Shown here: piece after piece, positions 39,901 to 48,306 of the stretch
Position numbering within the stretch: position 1 is the stretch's first letter
How the letters are laid out: each line of letters opens with the position of its first letter
Source of the DNA: Methylophilaceae bacterium
GTDB taxonomy: Bacteria; Pseudomonadota; Gammaproteobacteria; Burkholderiales; Methylophilaceae
Reading direction: 5' to 3'
Length of the DNA stretch: 64,000 nt
Assembly: GCA_039933015.1 (NCBI GenBank)
Contig: JBDTOX010000163.1
Coordinates: 14,064-78,063 of the forward strand
The notes under the pieces: generated by a model
The model's input: only the letters and a program-made list of their open reading frames with translations
Databases searched by the model: none
Told to the model about the DNA's origin: nothing
Program-made: the position numbers and the translations under genes

Positions 39901-40311
39901 GATGCCGGCAGCCAATATCAGCAGGCCCAGCAAGTCACGTGAACGCGTCAGTGCCGGGTCAAAGTGGATGACATGTTTGAGTAAATAGCAGGCAAACAGA
40001 GCTTCCAGCGTATTACCCACCGCCATGCTTGCGGCAACCCAAGAAGGAACACCAGTACCAAGCTCAGCAAAGAATGCACCGACGAATATCCCAGGCCATA
40101 AGCGATATCCAAAAATGAGCAATGCGGCAAGCGACAAGCCGGTTGGCGGCCAGATCAAAGTCGCAAAAGCATGGGGCAAGGCAAATAGCAGCCCGATCTT
40201 GGCACTCGCCCAGTAGACGAAGGCCAGCAATACAGCCAGCAATGCCAGGTGTGCGGGTGAAATGCGATAGGGGTGCTGGGGCTGTAAATACATCTCGCGA
40301 TTGTAATGCAA
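36919..40311 (-). CDS. MASE1 - 3x PAS - GGDEF - EAL signalling protein (c-di-GMP turnover)
   Basis: 1130 aa. The N-terminal approximately 300 aa are polytopic (MASE1-like), followed by three PAS-like modules. The GGDEF domain has an I-site (RLSDTVARQGGDEF). EAL-domain motifs EALLRW, DDFGTGYSSL, KIDRSF and EGVET are present. Confidence 0.88.
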   Translation of the reverse strand: MHYNREMYLQPQHPYRISPAHLALLAVLLAFVYWASAKIGLLFALPHAFATLIWPPTGLSLAALLIFGYRLWPGIFVGAFFAELGTGVPSWVAASMAVGNTLEALFACYLLKHVIHFDPALTRSRDLLGLLILAAGISTLISALIGSGSLLLAGLIDQNALSGIFGSWWMGDALSDALFVSAALSILHHKPLRWSQAKLVEAGALAILLLYGCLLVFFDALPNTLLLNPKPFILFPLVMWAALSFHQRGAALSTVFIVIMALWGSSEQHGLFAEDFAHGNLINYWLYALVISATGIALSGLHTGRLRSEEKLREQLDLYDALIHAQSDADEGVIVIEHGRIVYGNDAMWRIGGFQPGDIPLGSEFLDLIHPSDRKRVAAIRQNAKESGTVPGRYEALGLAKNGQPVFIEISEASYRDDSDRIVGLVIDVSGRKQAEVALVQSQQDYQELVESVHAIMWRANPDGAFTFVSHEAKTLLGYPLAEWTESPTFWKEKIHPDDRDWVVECCMSESLKLRSHVIDYRMIAADGRVVWMQDIVRVIPHKSIARPQQLVGVMLDITARKQAEASLRLSRQVFEHTAEGILITDANFNVLEVNQAYIDITGYSSEEIVGYPPVVMNTNLHDKQYYDEIWQILKTKGQWVGEILSRRKNGESYPEWLSISRVTDTKDVVQNYVAVFTDISLRKQSEERLQFLANHDALTHLPNRTLLQERIEQALLRAQRSHKKIAVLFIDLDRFKVINDTLGHQAGDMLLQEAARRLKECLRLSDTVARQGGDEFVVLVEDFVDAQYLTAVARKIMNVLAQPFVLLNQELYISASIGISVYPEDGVDLFSLLKNADAAMYRAKEHGKNTFLFYAADSNVHSVERLALENSLRRALERNEFVLHYQAKVDLVSLQIVGAEALLRWQHPELGLIAPAEFIPLAEETGLIIAIGAWVLKEACREAYGWRQTERPLRVGVNLSARQFREEGLQQTIIDALAESGLTADCLELEITESMIMQNAEHASKLLQYFRDLGAHVLIDDFGTGYSSLGYLKHFPIDALKIDRSFVRDIPRDSDDMAITQAIIAMACSLKLKVIAEGVETQTQLKFLQEQGCHQIQGYIFSEPLPPEEFRKLLESNPIVLLPSYLVKL

Positions 40312-40460
40312 TTATGCAAATTGACTAAGGTTAAGACTCAGCCAGCAATTGTTCCAAAGTAACACCCAAACTTCAGTGAGCCCGCGCTGTAATGTGGCAG
40401 TTGGCCATCCCGTACCAATCTGCCCACTGGGGCTATCGTACATCTCTGTTGCCCACGTTC

Positions 40461-40490
40461 AAAAAGAAAAAGCCCACGCGAGGTGAGCTT
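40461..40490 (-). terminator. Rho-independent terminator after the porin gene
   Basis: Minus-strand RNA reads AGCUCAC-CUCGC-GUGGGCU followed by UUUUUCUUUUU. It begins about 27 nt after the porin stop (40517). Confidence 0.6.
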
Positions 40491-40516
40491 TTCGTTAGGC
40501 ATTTAAAACTTGCAGA

Positions 40517-41962
40517 CTAGAAGTTTAGCTGGCCGCGCAAGGTCAAAGCATCTTCATGATCGCTGCTTACCCCTGTAGCAACAGTGATAGGCTGATCGTA
40601 ATTAGTACGGGTGTAGTTGAGCAAAAAGCGAACATTCGGGTTCAGGATCCACTTGATCCCGCCGGTATACGCCTGAGCCTTCGCATTGTCTGTAAGGCTG
40701 GTACCTGCACTTGCTTGCTTGATAGCTATGTCTGAAGCGTCAAACTCCGAGTAGCGTATGCCCAGCTCCCAGGCACCGTAAGCACCGGAACCAATCGCAC
40801 CGGGATGCACAAACTCGTTCTTGGGCTTGATAGCGCCCCAGGCACCTTCTTTGTAGGTGTCGGCATAGCTTTCACCTGTCATCAACCACAGCGCTTCCAC
40901 ATACCAGGCATCTACATCGCCACTTACCTTGGAATTAGCAGCAACATGTTTTGCATCGTAACTAGCTTTGGCGTATTCGCCTTGCAGCTTGAATGGACCA
41001 TATGCAGCAGCAAGTTCAAGGGCACCCGTATCCTGCTGAACAGCCGCATCAGTTGTAGTTGCGCCAGCACCGCCAAGACGGGCACGGAAAATATTAGCAA
41101 GACCACGTGGCTCAGTACGGAAGCTTACGACGCTCGCTGGGGCAGCTGACGTTGCAGCTACTCCATATTCACCACTAAAGCCCGCTGCGCCAATATGCAA
41201 CACAGCATCATTCCAACCGGCCATCTTGGCAATGTTTGCGGCTACACGTCCACCTACAAACAAGTCATTGGTCTTGTTATCTGCTTCGGAGAAATCATTC
41301 TGGAACACATTAGCCTGATAGATTACGCCAGCAACTGGTTCACCCCAGATCATGGCGCCCAGTTTCTCGTTTGGGGCCAGCTGATTAACGAAAGAACGCT
41401 CGGCAAAATCAATATTGTTCGAGCTGGTCATTTTTTCCAGGCCGAATGGTGTCTTATAACGACCAAACTTGAATTGCGCCTCTTTCCACCAACCCACGTT
41501 GAGCCAAGCCTGGTCTATCGTGTTGGTGTTAGAACCCAGGAGGTTGGTCTGGATTTCGTAAGTGTAGTCGTTATAGAACTTGCCTTTAACGCCGATACGT
41601 GCGCGGCGGAATTCAAAATTGTCAGCAATATTAGAAGTGGCAGGATTACTGGATTCACTATAGCCGCTGAAATTGTGATAATCGAAGTGCGCGCGGCCTT
41701 CTACTGCCATACTGTGCTGGCCGTCTGCGCTTTCAAACATGATGCCGTCCTTGAACTTGGCCTTTATCTCGCTGCTTTTGCTTTGCTTTTCAACTTCACG
41801 GCCCTTCAACAGCTGAGCACCTTCTTCCTCGGTTAAAACACCTTTGGCAATCAGGGCCTGCAACAGATCGTCAGAACTGTCGGCCATAGCGTTCGCGCCG
41901 ATGCCCATCAACAGAGCCCCAGATACCGCAGCCATCACGCCGCGTAGTTTCATGCTTTTCAT
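40517..41962 (-). CDS. OprO/OprP-family (phosphate-selective) porin
   Basis: ATG at 41962 with GGAG 8 nt upstream. Signal peptide MKSMKLRGVMAAVSGALLMGIGANAMA. N-terminal LLQALIAKGVLTEEEGAQLL segment, then a beta-barrel ending in ..LTLRGQLNF. Candidate Pho box upstream. Confidence 0.8.
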   Translation of the reverse strand: MKSMKLRGVMAAVSGALLMGIGANAMADSSDDLLQALIAKGVLTEEEGAQLLKGREVEKQSKSSEIKAKFKDGIMFESADGQHSMAVEGRAHFDYHNFSGYSESSNPATSNIADNFEFRRARIGVKGKFYNDYTYEIQTNLLGSNTNTIDQAWLNVGWWKEAQFKFGRYKTPFGLEKMTSSNNIDFAERSFVNQLAPNEKLGAMIWGEPVAGVIYQANVFQNDFSEADNKTNDLFVGGRVAANIAKMAGWNDAVLHIGAAGFSGEYGVAATSAAPASVVSFRTEPRGLANIFRARLGGAGATTTDAAVQQDTGALELAAAYGPFKLQGEYAKASYDAKHVAANSKVSGDVDAWYVEALWLMTGESYADTYKEGAWGAIKPKNEFVHPGAIGSGAYGAWELGIRYSEFDASDIAIKQASAGTSLTDNAKAQAYTGGIKWILNPNVRFLLNYTRTNYDQPITVATGVSSDHEDALTLRGQLNF

Positions 41963-42038
41963 TACGTCACTCCCCGTTAAATAGATCAAAAAATTGGTCT
42001 GTTAAGTTTCAACACGGGAGCGATTTTGCGTAGGTAAT

Positions 42039-42056
42039 GTGACAAACTGATGACGG
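42039..42056 (-). promoter_or_regulatory. Candidate Pho box upstream of the porin gene
   Basis: Minus strand reads CCGTCATCAGTTTGTCAC: two GTCA(T/C) half-sites 11 nt apart, matching about 14 of 18 positions of CTGTCATAWAWCTGTCAY. It lies about 77 nt upstream of the ATG. Confidence 0.45.
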
Positions 42057-42136
42057 GTGTATCTTTTTTGCGGCATTGTTGCGAAAATACAACAATCAAC
42101 AATTATTGCTTGTAGCAAGATTGCAATTTACACATA

Positions 42137-42170
42137 GAAAAGGCTTCTCAATTAATTATTGAGAAGCCTT
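42137..42170 (-). terminator. Strong hairpin terminator after the bactofilin gene
   Basis: Perfect 13-bp stem AAGGCTTCTCAAT (42140..42152) / ATTGAGAAGCCTT (42158..42170). On the minus strand it is followed by TTTTCT. It lies 40 nt after the stop at 42211. Confidence 0.7.
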
Positions 42171-42210
42171 TGGGCTAGGCATGACGAACTACTGGGGAAT
42201 CAGCTGCTCA

Positions 42211-42828
42211 TCAGGAAGCTGCTGCCTCATGCTTGGCAATGACATTGCGTAAGTTAGCACTGGGTTTACTATTATCGGAGGCCAGACCGGCAATATCCCC
42301 GGATAATTCGCCGCCCTCTTCGATCAAAATTTTGCCGTAACGGATTTTGCCGCTGACGCGACCGGAAGCATGAATAATCAACTGGCTGCGCGCTGTCAAC
42401 TCACCATCAAACTGCCCATAGATCTCAGCGACATCAATACCCACCTTGCCTGAGAAGGAACCATTGATAGCAATCTGAATGACACGGCTATCCATGGTGG
42501 CTTCGACACGCCCTTCTACTACCAACGTATCGCAATCCAGGATTTCGGCACCCTTGAGTTTCACATCAGGGCCGACTATCAAACGACTACCGGAAATGGC
42601 CTCTGCGTTAGGCACAGCATCAGGTGTAGCGTTAGACACTGCATTAGATTTGGGTTCTGTCACCGTTGCTGTGGTAGAAGTCGCCGATTCCATTGCGGCG
42701 AGATGCCCCGGTGTCACTGATGGCGAAACTGATGGCGAAACTGATTTATTTATCGGACTGGTAGAAGATGGGTTGAGCGGACGGGCAGTATCGTTACCCC
42801 TATTAAAAAAACCTTGTTTATTGAGCAT
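42211..42828 (-). CDS. Bactofilin (DUF583 polymer-forming cytoskeletal protein) with Ser/Pro-rich N-terminal tail
   Basis: 205 aa. The core LIVGPDVKLKGAEILDCDTLVVEGRVEATM..SGKVGIDVAEIYGQFDGELTARSQLIIHASGRVSGKIRYGKILIEEGGELSGDI has the repetitive beta-helix pattern of bactofilins. Confidence 0.8.
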   Translation of the reverse strand: MLNKQGFFNRGNDTARPLNPSSTSPINKSVSPSVSPSVTPGHLAAMESATSTTATVTEPKSNAVSNATPDAVPNAEAISGSRLIVGPDVKLKGAEILDCDTLVVEGRVEATMDSRVIQIAINGSFSGKVGIDVAEIYGQFDGELTARSQLIIHASGRVSGKIRYGKILIEEGGELSGDIAGLASDNSKPSANLRNVIAKHEAAAS

Positions 42829-43077
42829 GAGAGGCCTTTTATAAAATGATCAAGCACAAAAGAAAAAGGTATGCATGGTACACACCCCACTTCCTTGCTC
42901 TAAAGCAATGGTCATGCCGAATATAATTTATTCAATTATTTCAATAGGATAGTATATCTTTATTCTGAGAAACAATGCATCTGGCCAGTTGAACGTCGCA
43001 TATGCACGACAGATATCGCAACCATCCTGTAGTCGATTGATTATATAGGAATTTTGTTGTCGCCTCTGCCCAACAAT

Positions 43078-43287
43078 TTAATTTGTCACTCCATAACCCG
43101 CGTTTGCTATCGCCGCCTTCAGTTGCTCCGGGGTGACTTGGCCAGGGTCATAGCTAACCTCGGCCTTGGCTTCAACATGCGACACCTCCGCTTTCACCAC
43201 CCCTGGCAGAGCTAGTAAAACCTTGGTCACCGCGTTGGCACAACCGCCGCAGGTCATATCCGAGATAAAAAGCGTGATAGTGTGCAT
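43078..43287 (-). CDS. copZ: Heavy-metal-associated (HMA) domain metallochaperone, CopZ-like
   Basis: 69 aa with an MTCGGC metal-binding motif and a ferredoxin-like HMA pattern. No P-type ATPase is adjacent. Confidence 0.75.
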   Translation of the reverse strand: MHTITLFISDMTCGGCANAVTKVLLALPGVVKAEVSHVEAKAEVSYDPGQVTPEQLKAAIANAGYGVTN

Positions 43288-43317
43288 TAGGATAACTCTC
43301 TAAATATTAAGGATAAA

Positions 43318-44847
43318 TCAAAATTCTGCACGCATATGCGGAAATAGAATCACATCGCGGATACTGGGGCTGTCCGTGAGCAGCATGACCAAGCGATCGA
43401 TACCAATGCCGCAACCGCCTGTTGGTGGCATCCCGTATTCCAGGGCACGAATGAAATCCGCGTCGTAATACATAGCTTCGTCATCGCCGGCTTCCTTCGC
43501 CGCCACCTGGGCCTGGAAGCGTGCAGCCTGGTCTTCCGCATCATTCAGCTCGGAGAATCCGTTGGCGATTTCACGGCCGGTAATAAACAACTCAAAACGC
43601 TCGGTAATTTCCGGATTGCTGTCTGAAGCGCGCGCCAGCGGTGACACCTCTACCGGGTAATCAATAATATAGGTGGGTTCCCATAACTGGGCTTCGGCAG
43701 TTTCTTCAAACAGTGCCAACTGCAAAGCCCCCAGACCAGCATGTTCAAAAGCATCGACACCAAACTTCTTCAGTTCTGCGCGCAGGAACATTGCGTCATT
43801 AAGCTGGCTTAGCTCATATTTCAGCGCATATTTTTGAATCGCACCGACTATGGTCAGACGCTGGAATGGCCGGCTTAAATCCAATGCCCGGCCTTGATAC
43901 TCCAGAGTTGCAGTGCCGCGTGCCGCGATAGCCGCAGCACGTATGCAGTTTTCGGTAAAGTCCATCAGCCACTTGTAATCAGTGTAAGCGGCATAAAACT
44001 CCATCATGGTGAATTCAGGGTTATGTCGTACGCTAAGACCTTCATTGCGGAAATTGCGATTAATTTCAAACACACGCTCGAAACCACCTACCACCAGACG
44101 CTTCAAATAAAGTTCAGGCGCAATACGCAACACCATCTGCATATCCAGTGCGTTGTGATGCGTAGTGAATGGCTTGGCCGAGGCACCGCCAGGAATCGGG
44201 TGCAGCATCGGCGTTTCGACTTCGAGGAATTCGTTATCCAGCATAAAGCTGCGTATCGCCGCAACGATCTTGCTGCGATCAATAAAGGTCTGGCGTGTTT
44301 CTTCTGTAACAATCAAATCTACATAACGCTGACGGTACTTGGTTTCCTGATCAGCCAGGCCGTGAAACTTTTCAGGTAACGGACGCAGCGATTTGGTCAG
44401 CAGGCGTAACTGATTCACCTTGACTGAGAGCTCGCCGGTCTTGGTCTTGAACAGCACCCCTTCTGCAGCCACGATGTCGCCCAAATCCCATTTCTTGAAA
44501 GCGTCGTATATAGCTTCGCCGATATTGTCTTTAGCGATAAATAACTGAATACGGCCACTTTTATCCTGCACTGTGGCAAAGCTGGCTTTGCCCATGACAC
44601 GCTTCAGCATCATGCGCCCGGCGATGCTCACCTTGATCGCCTGAGCTTCTAAAGTCTCATTCTCATGTTCTCCATGGGTAGCATGCAGCAGAGCAGAGTG
44701 ATGGCCCGGCTTGAAATCATTGGGGAAGGCCACACCTTGCGCACGCATGGCTTTCAGCTTCTCGCGACGCTCGGCCATGACATGGTTCTCGTCCTGCGCC
44801 GGTTTATGCTCAGCCAGATTTTCAGATGGATTTTGCGACTCGCTCAC
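43318..44847 (-). CDS. lysS: Lysyl-tRNA synthetase (class II)
   Basis: 509 aa, GTG start 2 nt after the prfB stop. Contains [40 protein letters not shown] and [15 protein letters not shown]. Confidence 0.95.
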   Translation of the reverse strand: MSESQNPSENLAEHKPAQDENHVMAERREKLKAMRAQGVAFPNDFKPGHHSALLHATHGEHENETLEAQAIKVSIAGRMMLKRVMGKASFATVQDKSGRIQLFIAKDNIGEAIYDAFKKWDLGDIVAAEGVLFKTKTGELSVKVNQLRLLTKSLRPLPEKFHGLADQETKYRQRYVDLIVTEETRQTFIDRSKIVAAIRSFMLDNEFLEVETPMLHPIPGGASAKPFTTHHNALDMQMVLRIAPELYLKRLVVGGFERVFEINRNFRNEGLSVRHNPEFTMMEFYAAYTDYKWLMDFTENCIRAAAIAARGTATLEYQGRALDLSRPFQRLTIVGAIQKYALKYELSQLNDAMFLRAELKKFGVDAFEHAGLGALQLALFEETAEAQLWEPTYIIDYPVEVSPLARASDSNPEITERFELFITGREIANGFSELNDAEDQAARFQAQVAAKEAGDDEAMYYDADFIRALEYGMPPTGGCGIGIDRLVMLLTDSPSIRDVILFPHMRAEF

Positions 44848-44849
44848 GA

Positions 44850-45954
44850 CTACACTCCCTGCTTCAAACTCTCGGATATAAATGGATCAAGGTCGCCATC
44901 GAGCACGCCTTGCGTATTGCCAATTTCCACGTTGGTGCGCAGGTCTTTAATGCGAGACTGATCGAGCACATAGCTGCGAATCTGATGCCCCCAGCCGATA
45001 TCAGTCTTGGAATCCTCTATGGCCTGCTTTTCTTCATTGCGCTTGCGCAATTCCAGCGCATACAACTGGGCTTTCAGCATGGCCATGGCTTCGGCTCTAT
45101 TACGATGCTGCGAGCGATCATTCTGACACTGTACGACGGTATTGGTCGGCAAGTGGGTAATACGCACGGCAGAATCCGTCTTATTGATGTGCTGGCCACC
45201 GGCGCCCGAAGCGCGGTAGGTATCAATACGCAGATCAGCCGGATTGATATCGACTTCAATAGAATCATCGACCTCTGGGAATATCGAAACACTGGCAAAC
45301 GAAGTATGACGGCGGTTACCAGAATCGAATGGTGATTTGCGCACCAGGCGATGCACGCCACTTTCCGTACGCAAATAACCATAGGCATAATCGCCGGAAA
45401 TCTTGAGGGAAGCGCTCTTGAGGCCGGCTACATCACCTTCGGATTCTTCCAGCACCTCCACCTTGAAGCCACGACGCTCGCAGTAGCGCAAATACATACG
45501 GAATAACATGGAAGCCCAGTCCTGCGCCTCCGTGCCGCCTGAACCCGACTGGATATCGATAAAACAGTTGTTAGGGTCCATGGGGTTGGCAAACATGCGG
45601 CGAAACTCCATCTCCGCCACGCGCTGTTCCAGCTGCACACTATCTTGCTGGATGCCAAGCAAAGTAGCATCGTCGTTTTCTTCCCGCGCCATATCAAACA
45701 ACTCACGGCTATCGCGCAGGCCGTTATCCACCTGGGACAGGGATTGCACGATAAACTCCAGCTCGCGCTTCTCCTTGCCTAGCTTCTGCGAGCGTTCGTT
45801 GTCATTCCAGATCGCCGGATCTTCAAGAAGCTGACTGACTTCATCCAGCCGCTGCTGCTTGGTTTCAAAGTCAAAGATACCCCCGTAGGGCATTATTGCG
45901 TTCGTATAAATCGTGCAGGCGATTGGCGATAATATTGAGTTGTTCGGCTTCCAT
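44850..45954 (-). CDS. prfB: Peptide chain release factor 2 (requires programmed +1 frameshift at CTT TGA C, 45876..45870)
   Basis: Frame 0 reads ATG 45954 [27 protein letters not shown] then TGA (45873..45871). The +1 frame continues [12 protein letters not shown]... into ORF 44850..45893, which carries SPF and GGQHVN-type motifs ([16 protein letters not shown]). An SD-like GGGGG lies 3 nt upstream of CTT. Confidence 0.93.
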
Positions 45955-46088
45955 CAGGGCTGGAGTTCCATCAAGGCATAATGCAAAGGTCACAATTATA
46001 CAGTAAAGTAATTGTTACTCGTGGCGCTCTGCCGTCTTCAATGGCGGCAATCAAGGTATTGCAGCAAATAATACCGCTCCTGCCGGCC

Positions 46089-46106
46089 TCGTCACAAAAA
46101 TGTCAT
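46089..46106 (+). promoter_or_regulatory. Candidate Pho box of the pstSCAB promoter
   Basis: TCGTCACAAAAATGTCAT: GTCAC and GTCAT half-sites 11 nt apart, matching about 14 of 18 positions of the Pho-box consensus. A -10-like TATCAT lies at 46117..46122, and the pstS ATG is at 46184. Confidence 0.5.
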
Positions 46107-46183
46107 AATCCATAGCTATCATGTAACAAGTTCTACCAGTCGGATAATTCCGACATAACCTTGCTGAACTTCAGGAGAATTAC

Positions 46184-47227
46184 ATGCAAATTTTAAATCG
46201 CGCGCTGATAGGCACACTAGCTGCCATCAGCCTGACGCTGGCTTCCAGCGCTTATGCTGCTGATATTACCGGCGCCGGCGCTACTTTTCCTTATCCCATT
46301 TACGCCAAATGGGCTGATGCTTACAACAAAACAACCGGTACCAAGCTTAACTATCAGTCCATCGGCTCTGGCGGCGGCATCAAACAGATCCAGAACAAAA
46401 CTGTCGATTTCGGCGCGTCTGACAAACCACTAAAACCGGAAGAACTGGAAAAAAGCGGTCTGATGCAATTCCCAACCGTGGTGGGTGGTATTGTTCCTGT
46501 AGTCAATATCCCCGGGCTTGGTAATGGCGAGTTGCGTCTGAGCGGTGAAGTACTGGCCAATATTTTCTTGAAAAAAATCACCAAATGGAATGACGCTTCG
46601 ATCAAGAGCCTGAATCCTAGCGTTGCATTGCCGGACGCCACCATTACCGTGGTACATCGCTCCGATGGCTCTGGTACTACCTTCGTGTTCGCCAATTACC
46701 TGTCCAAAGTCAGCAAAGAGTGGAATGACAAAGTCGGCGCCGACACTTCTGTTGCATGGCCAACCGGCATAGGCGGCAAGGGCAATGAGGGCGTTGCATC
46801 CTACGCCCAGCGCATCAAGTATTCAATTGGCTATGTCGAATACGCCTATGCCAAACAAAATGGCCTGCCATATGTGACCATGCAAAACCGTGAAGGCGAA
46901 TTTGTTAAGCCCAGCATCGACAGCTTCCAGTCCGCCGCACAGTATGCAGAATGGGAAAAAGCACCTGGCTTCTATGAAATCCTGACCAACGAGCCAGGCA
47001 AGGCAACATGGCCGATTGCGGGCGCAACCTTTATCCTGATGCATAAAATGCAGGATAAGCCTGCAAATGCGCAAGAAGTATTGAAGTTTTTTGACTGGGG
47101 CTATAAGAACGGCGGCAAGATGGCCAAATCTCTGGACTATGTACCGATGCCAGACAGCGTCATCAAGCTGATCGAAGCTCACTGGAAAAACAATATCAAG
47201 AGCAAAGGCGGTGCAGTTTGGCAATAA
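46184..47227 (+). CDS. pstS: Phosphate ABC transporter substrate-binding protein PstS
   Basis: 347 aa with a signal peptide. Contains GAGATFPYPIYAKWA, YQSIGSGGGIKQ and VVHRSDGSGTTF. Confidence 0.95.
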   Translation: MQILNRALIGTLAAISLTLASSAYAADITGAGATFPYPIYAKWADAYNKTTGTKLNYQSIGSGGGIKQIQNKTVDFGASDKPLKPEELEKSGLMQFPTVVGGIVPVVNIPGLGNGELRLSGEVLANIFLKKITKWNDASIKSLNPSVALPDATITVVHRSDGSGTTFVFANYLSKVSKEWNDKVGADTSVAWPTGIGGKGNEGVASYAQRIKYSIGYVEYAYAKQNGLPYVTMQNREGEFVKPSIDSFQSAAQYAEWEKAPGFYEILTNEPGKATWPIAGATFILMHKMQDKPANAQEVLKFFDWGYKNGGKMAKSLDYVPMPDSVIKLIEAHWKNNIKSKGGAVWQ

Positions 47228-47275
47228 TGGCATGATGCAAAAATAAGCATGTACTCTTATAATCACGCCATATCT

Positions 47276-47317
47276 GAAAAACTGCAGAGGAGGGAGATCC
47301 CTTCTCTGCAGTTTTTT
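47276..47317 (+). terminator. Strong intercistronic hairpin between pstS and pstC (partial terminator / mRNA stabiliser)
   Basis: AAAAACTGCAGAGGAGGGA / TCCCTTCTCTGCAGTTTTT form an approximately 18-bp stem with one G.U pair, followed by a T-run. It lies 49 nt after the pstS stop. Confidence 0.65.
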
Positions 47318-47349
47318 CTGCGCAACCTCACTCAAAAGAGTCCGACTTA

Positions 47350-48306
47350 ATGCTAATGGCAGGCCGAAAAAAGAACATCGGGGCATTTCTAGACAAAGTA
47401 TTTCATAACACTACTTTGCTGTTTGCGTTATTAGTTTTTAGCATCATGCTCGGCATCTTGATTACGCTTTTCGTATCAAGCTTACCGGCGCTGAAGCAGT
47501 TTGGCCCTGGCTTTTTTACCAGTGACGCATGGAACCCGGTCACTATAGATTTCGGCGGCCTGGTACCAATTTACGGTACTATCGTCACCTCACTTATCGC
47601 CATGTTGATTGGCATTCCCGTCAGTTTTGGTATTGCCATGTTTATTACCGAATTGGCGCCGACATGGCTAAAACGTCCGCTGGGCGTTGCCATTGAGCTA
47701 CTGGCCGGTATCCCCAGCATCATTTACGGCATGTGGGGCCTGTTTGTATTTGCCCCTTTTTTCGCCGACCATATCCAGCCGTGGATCAACGATAACTTGG
47801 GCGCTATACCTTGGATTGGCGTTATTTTCCAGGGGCCAGCCATGGGGATCGGCATGCTGACAGCAGGCATTATTCTGGCTGTCATGGTAATCCCCTTCAC
47901 CTCATCAGTAATGCGCGATGTATTTGAAATTGTACCGCCCATGCTGAAAGAGTCTGCCTATGGGCTTGGCGCTACCACTTGGGAAGTAGTCAGGAATATC
48001 GTATTGCCTTACACCAGAGTAGGTGTAGTAGGCGGCATCATGCTGGGCCTGGGACGGGCACTGGGTGAAACCATGGCAGTTACCTTTGTCATCGGCAACG
48101 CGCATGAACTTTCAGCCTCGCTGCTAATGCCGGGCAATACAATTTCGTCAGCCCTGGCGAATGAATTCACTGAAGCAGTTGGCGATGTGTATACCTCCGC
48201 GCTCATCACATTGGGCCTGACACTGTTCGTTATCACCTTTATCGTATTATCAATCGCAAAACTGCTTCTCATTAAACTCTCTGCGCGCGAAGGCAAACAG
48301 TCATGA
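47350..48306 (+). CDS. pstC: Phosphate ABC transporter permease PstC
   Basis: 318 aa, six-TM permease. EAA-type loop ([21 protein letters not shown]). Confidence 0.94.
   Translation: MLMAGRKKNIGAFLDKVFHNTTLLFALLVFSIMLGILITLFVSSLPALKQFGPGFFTSDAWNPVTIDFGGLVPIYGTIVTSLIAMLIGIPVSFGIAMFITELAPTWLKRPLGVAIELLAGIPSIIYGMWGLFVFAPFFADHIQPWINDNLGAIPWIGVIFQGPAMGIGMLTAGIILAVMVIPFTSSVMRDVFEIVPPMLKESAYGLGATTWEVVRNIVLPYTRVGVVGGIMLGLGRALGETMAVTFVIGNAHELSASLLMPGNTISSALANEFTEAVGDVYTSALITLGLTLFVITFIVLSIAKLLLIKLSAREGKQS

Noticed and set aside
42829-43077. An AT-rich 250-nt spacer between the bactofilin and copZ genes, considered for an sRNA or a small peptide gene (for example the 26-codon ORF MIKHKRKRYAWYTPHFLALKQWSCRI).
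   Set aside because: I saw no terminator-like hairpin, promoter pair or conserved-looking structure. It most likely holds the bactofilin promoter and UTR. The small ORF has no RBS.
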